A stretch of DNA of 64,000 nucleotides from Ptychomitrium polyphyllum (lineage: Eukaryota), in NCBI GenBank assembly GCA_973851085.1, contig OZ316776.1:6510001-6574000 (forward strand), read 5' to 3'. Of the stretch, positions 13,116 to 25,308 are shown piece by piece; position 1 is the stretch's first letter; the number at the start of each line of letters is the position of its first letter. The notes under the pieces were generated by a model, which saw nothing but the letters and a program-made list of their open reading frames with translations, did not search any database and was not told the origin of the DNA. The translations under genes and the position numbers were made by a program.

Positions 13116-16100
13116 TTTTCAATATCCTGCATGCCACAACAGAAATTTTTGAAGAACGAGTTCTGAACCTGAAGCATTCTGAAAGGATCCTACTGGTTGG
13201 AGTATCTGAACAAATACACCGACATGTTTATTGGTTTACAGTTCCTTGGACAAGGCAAGTGGAGCTCGGAACTCAAAAATCTTGTCAGCATTGCCTGAAC
13301 AGGTGCCTTCTAACGAGAAGAACACCCAGACCGTTACCATCTAGATTTCTTACCTTCCTCAGAGCGTCGAGACAAATTATGTGCACCCTGTCAACCCGCT
13401 CCTTAAGAATGAAAACCGGGTGCTCTTACATTCCAGAGCTGAATTGACTGACAGACAGTGCACCAGCTGATCAGTGATGGTGAGGAGGTATGTATGGGAG
13501 TGGCAGTCACAGCAGTATTTCACGGCATCCTCTCTACAGATCCAACCTGCGTCCTTTATACAGCACTCACTCACGGATGGTCCCGAGCTATCAGACCAAC
13601 GGAGCAGCTGGAAGCGCACAATGTACCCTATTTTGATCGTTTCAACCGCGTCCGGAAACCACTACCACACTTCCAGATACAGCAAGTTCTTGCACAGCTC
13701 TACGCACGCCCTCAAACCGACGGTCCATTCCCAGGATTTAGGATCGATATCATTTAGTTCACTCCAACTTCCCCAATTGGAAACATATACTATACTCAAT
13801 CCTGGATTCATGTTTAGCATGTACCATGAATAATTCATGTTGGAACTAGTCCCCACGTGTCATGATCGATCGATAATCAACTATTAAAAAAATCATTCAC
13901 AGTACTGTAAGAACGAATAAAAGAATGCAGTAACGAAGGAGCGGTTGTTGGGCAAGGACTGTGAGGGTGGTTGTTCGTCCTCACGTGCGTGACTAGTATT
14001 AATAAGCAATTGGTGATGGTATCCATGTACCTTTGCGAAAGCATCGTCAAAACAGGAGAGCAACGCGTTTATCGCCCTTGGCCTTGGGATGGTGATTGCC
14101 TGGAGACGGGGATTACTACGACAAGTGAGCGAGTTGACGTTGAGAGAGGTGCGATCACGGCGCACAGGCTGCAGAGCTTGAAAGGTAGCCCACACAGGCT
14201 ATGACTCGGAGCCAGTGATTTGTTCCTATCCTATGTGTAGCCGTTTTATACACTGCACTTCAAAGTATGGTGGTTGGTTTTAACAGAAGAATTTTGAAAA
14301 TGTGAAGGAAATAAATAGATAAACTCTTCTGAAAATTTGAGGTGTGTAGCCAAGTTTTACTTTGAGTAGTATGTATAATTATGGTAATACCAAGTATCAC
14401 TAAGGATTTGCAAGTGTAATAGCAAAAAGTGTGGTTATGTGAAAAGAATGAAAAGCACAAGCATGGACTAAAAGGAAATCAACATTAGATCAATAATCTT
14501 GGACCTTTTTTGAATAAGTATTGGACTAATAAATATGTGGTAGTGGCTTTGGAAGCCTTATCATTTTTTACCAACTCAAGCGATTTACCATCATCTTAGA
14601 AAGCAAGAAACCAATAACAAATAATAGTGAAGGCATGTAGCATTGAATGAATGAAGGAATGAATTTAATTTATTGAATTGATGAGCAATTTCCTAAAATC
14701 TTAAGTACAAGAGGGTTTTGACTATGAAATGATACCTTTGAATAATGAAATTATTCTTTTCTATTGGAATGCTTAAAAGAGTTACTAAAGAATATTATGG
14801 TTGAATTTTATTGGACATTTAGTTGTAGAATAAGTAATTAGCCTCACAAATATGACATTCTCGATGAATTGTACCTTGATGGTAGTTAAATATTAATACA
14901 ATCTTTTGATAATTGTGAATAATGTCTAAGTCTTGATTCAAATTGCAAGGTAAATTGCAATATTTATTTCAAATAATATCCAAATTGCTTGCACTAATTT
15001 CTACAAAGATTTTGTGTAGCTAAGCTTTTGGATCACTTTAAGACTTAGAATCACCAAAAATGTCTTTATGTTGCAAATGTTGAAGTCATATGTTTTATGG
15101 TTTTATTATTTTTTGTAATATTAAATTATTATTTTTATATTTATAATATTTATATTAGTTTTAGACTGATTAGTTTTAGATTTAATAAAAAATATTAAAA
15201 AGTATCTTTTTCATGTAGAACTTATATTTAAATGAAAAAAAATTAGATTTAAAAAAGATTGAAAATAATTTTATTTTATTTTTGTCTTTTGTTAAAAATA
15301 AGAAAGTGAAATGATGTGTAGTTTCTTTGCATTTTTTAGGTATGGTTATTAATTAAATGTTTTTTGTAAAATAAAAAACTACCTATTTAGATTCATAAAT
15401 AATTTAATTGAAAATAAACTAAATTTTATATATAAAAGAGTTTACGTAATTGGCAAGTTTAATTATGCATCTTCCATTGATTGAATGATCTATGAATACA
15501 AATAGATAAATCATAAATCAATAATTTAAGAAATTTAGCCTTTGCATAATATTAATATAATCAAGCATGTATTTTTGCCAATAGTGATTAAATAATAAAT
15601 ATCCATGAAGAACACAATTATTTTATGTTTTTATTCCTAACAAAGAATTCATTACAAATTTCAATGTGAAAATTTTATCATCCCTTTAATTGATTTATAC
15701 ATTGACCTTCAACTAATACATAAGTTATTCATATATTGATTTCTTTTAATTAGCAACAAACGTAAATTTGTGATATTACATTATTTTTCAAATTTATAAA
15801 TTGTTAAAATTTATTAATAATTTATTAATTTGAAATATGGCTTTATATAAGTGCATGGTTATTAAGACTTATGTATTTAATGGAAGATTTTTGATGCATA
15901 TTAAATAAGTCCTTTTTATTAAGATAAAAATGCACGAAATGGTTTATATATTTCATTCTAATTGTTGGTATGTAAAATTATAAAATAAAATATTAATTCC
16001 TTAGTTGTATTGAGTTCATTACTCTTCCATTGCATGAATATAAGACTAGTATAATAAGGTAGGTTTGCTTGGTTTAGCACCAAACAATAAAAACTCAGCA

Positions 16101-17129
16101 TCTATATATCAATTGTTAAACATCTATTTTTGTTTTTAAATACAAAATCCAAAATCAAAACAACAAATTTTATACCATTAATAAGAAACCCATCATCAAA
16201 TTAGAAAAAAATAAAGTCCAATAGGCAATTTTAATAATATTCTAAAGCTGTTAAGGCTAAATTATAAAAAATAAAAATATAAACTTTATAGCGCTATAAT
16301 GAAGCAATTCTAAATTAAATTTTTAGTATTTAAAAGAGAATTTTGTTAAAAATAGAAGCAAGTACAATTAATTGGGATATAAGGATGACATATTGGATGG
16401 AAAAAGGTTGTAACAAGGTATTTTAAATTATCTTCAAAAAGAAGCTATCACTATTGCAAATTGATATAAGAGCCACTTAATAATTCCATTAATAATACAA
16501 AAGCATCAAAGAAATACAAGGCTTCAATTACAACAAAGAAAAACATAGTAAAAAAAAAATTGTTGTGGTGTTACAAAGCAAAGAGGATTGCAAAATATCA
16601 CCTCTATTTTAAAGACATGGAATGCTAAAAGAAGAAAGATGCGCCAAAAATAAGTTGCAAATAAAAAGTCAAGAACGTTGGAAATAGGGCAACAACAATA
16701 CTAAATATAAATCTACCATCTTCAACCTTTAGGCATATCTATCTACACAACCTAAACCACAAGCTACTTCCTCTTTTGGCCACAAGCAAAAAAATAGAAA
16801 GGACACATTTTACTTCACTTCAAGGAAAAGTAACAAATAAGCATTAGTATTGGCATTGAGCTACATGCTTATCCAACAACAAACTAGGCAAAGCAATATC
16901 AAACTATACAAAATGACAATAATCTATATAAGAATAATAAGAGAGACATGGTAGTTTAGATTAAGGTTTAGATTGAGATGGAAAATACACACTTTAGGGT
17001 TTGAACAAACAAGCAAGATTCAATGCATGCTTTGATATAAGTCGGTAAAAAATGTTGATACATCTTCCATTGGTCTAAATAGTGGTATGTTCCACTTTGG
17101 AAGATATTTATCTAAAGCAATCAACTATC

Positions 17130-17668
17130 TGTCACGGACATATATCATGCAACATAGTCCCTAGAACATTCTAGAACCTTCTAGTATACTATAATAGCTT
17201 CTTAGATTACTTTTAGATGTCTCCATAGCCTTTCCATGTTCTCTGGAAGCTTCCTAAGAAAGTTCTTCCACTTTAAGAAACTTCCTAGGAAGGTTCTACC
17301 TCTTTAAGAAACTTCCTAAGGAGGTTCCGCTACCTTAGGAAACTTCCAAGGAAGATTCCAACTCCTTAGAAGCCTCTTAGGAAGGTTCCAACATCTTAGG
17401 AAACTTCTTGGGAAGGTTCTCTAGACTTCCAGAACATTCTTAAGCCTTATAGGAAACTTCTTTAGAAGTATCCTAGGAGATACAACGTTATAGTATAAAT
17501 AGGAGGCAAGATAAGGTATTCCTTGGTCTTGCCAACACAAGTTGTGGATCATTTTGAATCTTGCCTTGTTCTAGTCTCTGTATCAAGTTCTTGTTAATCA
17601 TTAGCTCTTTGGAAGCTAATTCTTGGGAAACACTTCGTTTTTGCTTCTTGTATTTTGTATCCTTAACA
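17130..17668 (+). repeat. 5' LTR of element A
   Basis: TG...CA ends, TATAAAT at 17494-17500, U3 built of palindromic CTTCCTAGGAAG-like units, homologous to 34280-34880. Confidence 0.93.
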
Positions 17669-17904
17669 GTTTGGCAAGACTACTTTTCATCTCTGTAAGA
17701 ACTAAGGATCTTTGAAGAAGATTGTGGATTACCCATCATCTTTAGGATTCCATAGCGTTTTAGAAATTGCGGATTATCCTCTTCTAAGCTGGCACCATAG
17801 AATTGGTTTCTCCTTCTTGAACTAAGTATTACTTCTTTAAAAAGACGTGGATTTTCCTCCTTTGAGGGTATTCATAGATTTCTTGTCTTTGCCAATCTTA
17901 AGAA

Positions 17905-18934
17905 ATGGATAACGTGCCTAAAACATTAGAGAATAGGTTTGCTACTATTACAGACCTCTAAGAATTATTAAACACAGTTCGAACGGAACTCGCCCGTTTT
18001 AATACCACCAACAATTTGGAGCAACATACTCAGCAAGCTGAAGAATCCAATGGTGATATTCAAAGCCTATATCAAGAAGTTGTTTGATTGTGAGAGGCCA
18101 ATATTGGAAGGGAAGGCTTACGTTGAACCCATGCAGAGCCAAAGATTAGCATGCCAGACAAATTCGATGGATCAAGATCAAAATTGAGAGGCTTTGTTCA
18201 ACAAGTAAGACTCTTCCTTAGTTTGCATCAATCTCGCTATCCTAATGGCACAACTCAAGTGGGATTTGTGGCCACTTTTTTATCAAACAATGCCCTATCG
18301 TGGTTTGCACCATTAATGGAGAAGCAGTCACCATTATTGAACAACTTAGATGCTTTTAAAGAAGCATTGACATCTACTTTTGGAGACACCGACCGAGAGA
18401 GGGTGGCTGAAACAAGGATCCAGAGTCTTCAACAAGGACAGCACTCAACTGCTACATATACTGTATAGTTTTGACAATTAACTTGCGACCTTGATTGGAA
18501 TGATAAAGCCTTGGTCACATTATTTTGATGGAGCTAGGGAGAGAATGTAAAGGACTTGCTACTCACAATGCCAAGAGTTGAAACATTGGACGAATTCATC
18601 ACTCAAGCAATAGCATGTGACAATAGACTATTTGAGAGGCGCTTAGAACAACGCTTGGGATGGCGACCAGTACATCAAAGCATGGCTACCATTTCTTCAA
18701 GAATGTAAAAAAATTGATCACAAGGACCGGAATCTATGCAAATTAATGCTGCCCAATTTAGACGTTTGACTCCAGAAGAAAAAAAAAAAGGCGTCGAAGA
18801 GAAAACGTATGCTTGTATTGTGGCAAGTCTGGACTTAAAGTGCGCAATTGCCAAATTGCCAAATTAAAGAATATGCCTTGAAGGCTCAAAGCACAATGGT
18901 GGAGTTGGAAAACGAGGCTGTCCAGTCACAGTAG
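17905..18934 (+). pseudogene. Disrupted gag of element A
   Basis: MPDKFDGSRSKLRGFVQQ...ALSWF capsid-like segment; degenerate zinc knuckle CLYCGKSG(L)KVRNC near 18810; several internal stops. Confidence 0.85.
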
Positions 18935-19034
18935 GGACCATGTAATTGGATACTGCAAGGAAATACCATCAAATCAAGGTCTCTTACTACCTTCAAACCC
19001 TACCCCTTGTTTTATATTTCCTATCAAAATAAAA

Positions 19035-22000
19035 TTGTTAGATGATGAAATAATTAGTGAATCTCTCTTAGACACTGGTGCAACTGCATGTTTCATAGAC
19101 AAAGATTTTGCAACCAAACATTACATGGTGCTTGTGAAGAAAAAATATCCCGCACCTGTTGAGGTTATTGATGGACAATTTCTTGAGTCTGGCAATATTA
19201 TTGAAGAAACTCAACTATTGGAGGTTGTTTTAGGAGACCAAACATCTAAAATTGTCTTCAACATCATTTAATGCCGAACAAATCTTATTGTTTTGAGCCT
19301 TCCTTGGTTTGAATTATATAATCCAGACATTGACTGGCGCTCACGGAGTGTGGTCTCAAGGAAAAGACGGCAAGGTATAAGAAATTTTGGACCATCATTT
19401 ATTGGAATTAAGGCATTTATGAGAACGGTGAAGGATGAACCAATCTATGCCATTTATGCCACGCCAATGTCGAGCTCTACAATAGAGACTAATCAAAACA
19501 TACCTTGTCAATATCAAGATTATAAAGACGTTTTTGAGAAGAAGAATGCGGACATGTTACCAAAGCACCGACTTTACGATTGTACCATTGAGTTGAAAGA
19601 AGGAGCCCAATCACCTTTTGGACCTATTTATTACTTTTCACAAACTGAGTTGGCTGCCTTAAGAGAATATATTGATGAAAACCTTGGAAAGGGTTTCATT
19701 CAACACTCTAAATCACCTGCTGGAGCACCCATTCTATTTGTAAAGAAGAAAGATGGATCATTACGTATGTGCGTGGACTATCAAGGCCTTAATAAAGTAA
19801 CAAAAAAGAATCGCTATCCATTACCATTAATCTCAGGACTCCTACAACAACTTAGCCAAGCAAAGATATTCACCAAAATTGATCTTAGAAGAACCTACAA
19901 TCTTGTACCCATCAAAGAAAGAGACGAATGGAAGACAACTTTTCGATCTAGGTATGGTCATTTTGAATACAATGTCATGCCTTTTGGCCTTACTAATGCT
20001 CTCGCAGTCTTCCAACATATGATGAATGATATCTTCCATGAACATCTGGATGATTTTATAGTCATCTACTTAGATGACATTTTGATATATTCAAAGGATG
20101 AACAAGACCACGAATGTCATGTGCGACTGGTCTTAGAAAAATTACGCTAGCGAGGATTATATGCCAAATTGGAGAAGTGCCTTTTCCATGAATCATCGGT
20201 TGAATTTTTAGGCTACATCATTTCTAAAGGAGGAATCCATATGGATAAGAAAAAAATAAGCACTGTCATGGAGTAGAATACGCCAAGATCAATTCGAGAT
20301 GTTCAATGCTTCTTGGAATTTGCAGACTTCTACAGAATATTCATCAAGAATTATTCCAAGATTGCGGCACCATTGACACGTCTTTTGAAGAAGCAAAAAT
20401 TCATTTGGAATGAAGAGGCGGAAAAAGGATTTCAAAGTCTTAAGAAGTCATTCACGTCGGCTCCAATTCTTATTCATCCAAATCCATCAAAGCCTTTTGA
20501 TTTGGAAGCGGATGCCTCAGATTTTGCGCTTGGCTTAGTACTCTCACAATATGATGAAGACGGGAGACTTCACCCTCTTGCCTTTCGTTCAAGGAAGTTT
20601 TCAGCGACAGAGATCAACTACGATATACATAATAAAGAACTACTTGCAATTGTGGATGCGTTTGAAGAATGGCAATATTTATTGGAACGAGCTCAACATA
20701 CCATCACGATATATACAAACCACAAGAACTTGGAGTATTTCATGAGTGCGCGCGTTTTGAATCGCCGTCAAGCAAGGTGGAGTATGTCGCTTTCCAAATT
20801 TGACTTTGTCATTACCTATCAATCTGATAGCTTGCAAAGTAAGCTAGATGCTTTATCTCAAAGATCTTATTTAGTTCCTCAACCTGGAGATGATGTTTTA
20901 AATCAACAAAGGACTATTTTATTGAAGCCAGAGAATCTTCAATTGAAAGCAGCCATTATTACAACAACATCCCATTTTGACGGAATTCGGAAGGCTTTAA
21001 AAAATGACATCTTTGTTTCAAATATAAAAAAGCGCCTCAAAAACAATGGAAATCCTTCAAATTGCGATGAAGACTTTGAATTCCAAGAGGGCTTACTTTA
21101 TTATAAAAGACTTTTGTACGTACCTCCAAGCCCTTTGCGGTTGAAGATCCTTCAAGCACGTCATGATTTTCTAGTAGCAGGAGATTTTGGATTCAATAGA
21201 ATAATGAAGTTGATTGCTAGAGACTATTGGTGGCCACAAATGTGGAAATACGTAAAGGACTTTGTCCGATCATGCGACACTTGTGCAAGAGCCAAGGTAC
21301 CAAGACACCAACATAATAGTCTCCACCATTTGCTTCCAGTGCCAAGGGCCCATGGTTGTCTTTATCAATGGATTTTATTATGGACCTTCTAAATTCCGAA
21401 TCTAAGGATTCGATTTTGGTAGTAGTAGATCGATTTATCAAAATGACATGTTTCATTCCATGCAACAAGATGGTAACGGGAGAAGAAACTGCCAAGTTGT
21501 TCCTAAATCACGTCTACCGCATACATGGACTACCAGATGATTTTGTATCTGATCGAGGGCTGCAGTTCATTTCCAACTTTTGGAGGGCTCTATTCTAGCT
21601 GTTGCGTGTAAAGATCAATCTTTCTTCAACACACCATCCGCAAACTGATGGCCAAACCAAACGTGTAAATCAAAATATGGAGCAGTACCTTCGTTGTAGC
21701 ATAAACTACCAGCAAGACAACTGGATGGATCTCTTGCCTCTGGCAGAATTTGCTTACAACAATACGGTGCATTCTTCAACAACTCAAAGTCCATTCTTTG
21801 CAAACTATGGGTATCATCTTCGAACATATCCATTTCAAGTGAAGTATATTGGAAGCCCTGCAGCAGAAGATTTTGCAATTCAACTTGCTAAAATCCATCA
21901 AGAAATTACTTTCAAGTTACAACAAGCTCAAGATCGTTATAAAACTTATGTAGATTGCCATTAAAAGGACCATCCAAAGTTCAAGATTGGAGATAGCGTA

Positions 22001-22402
22001 TGGCTCCTACGACAAAATATACAAACAAAAAGACCATCAAAGAAGTTGGACTATCAAAGGCTGGAACGGTTTGAAATCAGCAAACAAATAAATCCGGTTA
22101 GTTATCGCCTAAAGCTACTACAAAGCATGCAGATTCATCCAATATTCCACGTATCGTTGTTGGAAACCTATAACAAATCATGTATACTAGAGAGAATTGT
22201 TCCTCCGCCTCCTCTGCTGGAAATCAATAATGAAATCGAATATGAAATGCAAGAGATCTTAGATTCACGCATCAAGAACGAACGTGTAGAGTACCTTATA
22301 CATTGGCAAGGATATGGCATCAATGACCGAACATGGGAACCTTCAACAAATGTAACAAATGCATCCGAGAAGGTATGCAAATTTAATCAAAGATATCCTT
22401 AG
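19035..22402 (+). pseudogene. Disrupted pol of element A: protease, RT, RNase H, integrase, chromodomain
   Basis: [87 protein letters not shown]. Broken by stops and frameshifts. Confidence 0.93.
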
Positions 22403-22413
22403 AAATCGGGTTA

Positions 22414-22989
22414 GTGATGATGTGTCATCAGCAGCCGTTAGCTTTACAGAGAAGTTTTTTCATCATAGACAAGTATAAGCAGGAAGGAGAGATATCCAAA
22501 CCTCTAATTATATACAACGTTATTTCCAAGATAGATCATTTCCAGATCCTAGCCAGTATGTCAAATCTTTGTATTATCTTGGATATACGTGAAAAGCAAT
22601 CGGCCATGCCTTCATCAACAACAACATCTATTGAGCCAATTCAACTTTCTCAGCCTTCGGTAACGGAGGATCTAAGTCAAGATATGGGAGGGACATCCCA
22701 ACGTCGAGTACGACCTCGTGCAGAAGTATTGACTAGTCGCCCTTCACATTCCAGTTTTGATTCAGATGCTCGCACTCTACTCATCTTGTTAGAAATTGGA
22801 AGAGTCACTTTTGGAGGACCCAAAATCTTGTTTGGAGGATGTTTTGAAGGACTTAATCAAGATCAAATCTTGGGATGGGACATTTCAACACCAAAAGTCT
22901 TAGCTAGTGGTCATCGACGTTTCTTACAAGGACCAGCTGAACCAGAGAACAAAGAACAACAAGCAGAGTTTGTTGCTTCACTCCGTTAG
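22414..22989 (+). other. Extra ORF of unknown function between pol and the 3' LTR of element A (cut by the B insertion; remainder at ~34193-34225)
   Basis: 191-codon open frame; the homologous frame is kept in B (FLQGPVEPVNKEQRANYVASLLRQILEFVEM*). Confidence 0.45.
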
Positions 22990-25258
22990 GGACACAAAAA
23001 ATAAGAAGCAAAAACGAAGTGTTTCCCAAAAATTAGCTTCCAAAGAGTTAGTGATTAACAAGAACTTGATATAAAGACTAAAACAAGGCAAAATTCAAGA
23101 TGATTCACTATTTGTGTTGGCAAGACTAAGGAATACCTTGTCTTGCCTCCTATTTATACTATGACGTTGTATCTCCTAGGATATTTCTAACGAAGCTTCC
23201 TACAAGGCTTAAGAATATTTTGGAAGTCTAGAGAACCTTCCCAAGAAGTTTCCTAAGATTTTGGAACCTTCCTTGGAAGCTTCCTAAGGTAGTGGAACTT
23301 CCTTAGGAAGTTTCCTAAGCAGGTAGAACCTTCCTAGGAAGTTTTCTAAGGTGGAGGGACTTTCCTAGGAAGCTTCCTAAGAATATGGAAAGACTATGGA
23401 GACATTTAAAAGTAATCTAAGAAGCTATAATAGTATATTAGAAGGTTCTAGAATGTTCTAAGGACTATATTACATGATCTATGTCCCTGACATCACCTCT
23501 TCATTTAGCGACGAGTTCCATGAGGAGCTCTTTTCTTGGCTTGCTTATCACATTTCTACAAATTCCAAAATTTGTCGAAGGAGTGAAGCAACATAGTTTG
23601 CTCGTTGTTCTTTGTTCACTGGTTCAACTGGTCCTTGCAAGAAGCGCAGATGGCCACCAATAGTTTCTAGCAATCAACTCCATTGTTTTATTTAATCCAT
23701 AATGTCCTGCTGCTGGAAAATCATGACGTGCTTGAAGCATCTTCAACCGCAAAGGGTTTGGAGGAACATACAAAAGTCCTTTATAATAAAAGTAGGCCCT
23801 CTTGGAATTCAAAGTCCTCATCGCTATTTGAAGGATTTCTAGTGTCTTTGAGGCGTTTCTTTATATTTGAAACAAAGACGTCATTCTTTAAAGCCTTCCG
23901 AATTTCGTCAAAATGGGATGTTATTGTAATAATGTATGCTTTCAATTGGATTCTGAGGCTTCAATAAAATAGTCCTTTATTGATTCAAAATATCATCTCC
24001 AGGTTGAAGAGCTAAATAAGATCTTTGAGATAAGGCATCTAGCTTACCTTGCAAGCTACCAAGTCGATAGGTAATGACAAAGTCAAATTTGGAAAGTCAT
24101 ATACTCCACCTTTGTTGCGCACCTCTCCTTGAGGAGTGCTCGCAACACTAAGGGCACAAGGGGGGCTCCGGAGTGACGTCCGGGACTTGTAGCGCCAATA
24201 GTGAGGAGAACCGAGTGGGCCTACCATGGGAAGGACCCTGAGGGGGAGAAATATCCTTGCCCATGTAGACCGAGGGCCACAAGGGATAAATCGTAGGCAT
24301 TGGAGGAATCACAAAGAGTTGATTCTAGAATGCTAAAGATTGCTCAAATCGGACAAAGGAGCTAAAAGTTATGGCATCCCAAAGTTGGGGTTGCCAAGGG
24401 GCTGTTCTAGACTGTGGCAGCCCTACATAGTGACTATACTGGAGTGGGACAGTCTAGGGAGGGACTCCCCGGGAGTCCCAAACCTTGGAAGAGGCGTATC
24501 TTCCACAATACTAACTCAAATTGGACGTTTGAGGAGTCTATCGGCATCTACGCAAAGAGTAGATGGCGATAAAGTGGTTGCTTGATACATTCGGGCACCG
24601 GAATTGAAAGATATGGCTCCCTGAAGGTCCGTTGGAAGTCCCGGAGGCTTCCAGCGGCTAAGTCCCAAGGGAGATCGGGTGGTCTTCCAAGACTTTAGGT
24701 GTGTCCGAGTTCAGCTAGCTACAGAGGGCCAAGGGCCTGCCAAATCCCACAAAGAGTACTATAAGGGAGGGCTGGTCCCCCTCTCCACTCCCCTAGTGTC
24801 CCGGTAGAGACCAAGGGTGAGTCCCGGTTGGTGGAGCTAGTGTTGGAGCTTCACCACAGGGACTCCCACACCATTGTGAGCCAGAAGATGGCCGATTTCA
24901 CAGAGGGAACTAGCACGTTTAAAATGATACACTTGTTACCACTAAGTTGGGGTGGTGTCTTCAAGCCGGCACCATGATGGCCCGAGGTGATCTTAAGATT
25001 GCATGGGGATCATGAGTGGTGGTGAGGGGACACCACAAAGTGCGGTTTGGCCGTGTAGAATGGGAGTAACACCAAGTGAGGCCTAGGACATGAATGGAAG
25101 TCCGCACCTAATCATTGGCTACCAATCAATTGGGTGTCCTAAGAGAAATGGTAGAAAGACTTGGACAGTGAGAATGGAGGTTAACCATGTGCATGTGGCG
25201 GTGTACAGGGTTGACGCGCGTGACGCTTGCTAAGGTGCATTACAAGGATTGCGACATT

Positions 25259-25270
25259 TGGTATCAGTGC
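25259..25270 (+). promoter_or_regulatory. Primer binding site of element C (initiator tRNA-Met type)
   Basis: TGGTATCAGTGC, 2 nt after the LTR end; one mismatch to canonical TGGTATCAGAGC. Confidence 0.88.
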
Positions 25271-25308
25271 AAGCTTGGAGTATTCAAGTGCTACGTTGCG
25301 AGGAGGCT

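Noticed and set aside
13377..14204. Short ORFs upstream of GMD
   Set aside because: No motifs or consistent splice model; probably GMD leader and promoter.
14500..17100. Very AT-rich tract (also 57000-58300 and 60000-64000) as Helitron or DNA-transposon remnants
   Set aside because: No termini, TSD or transposase motif could be identified by eye.
17200..17470. CRISPR-like look of the repeated palindromic CTTCCTAGGAAG units
   Set aside because: No unique spacers, no cas genes, eukaryotic context; these are LTR U3 subrepeats.
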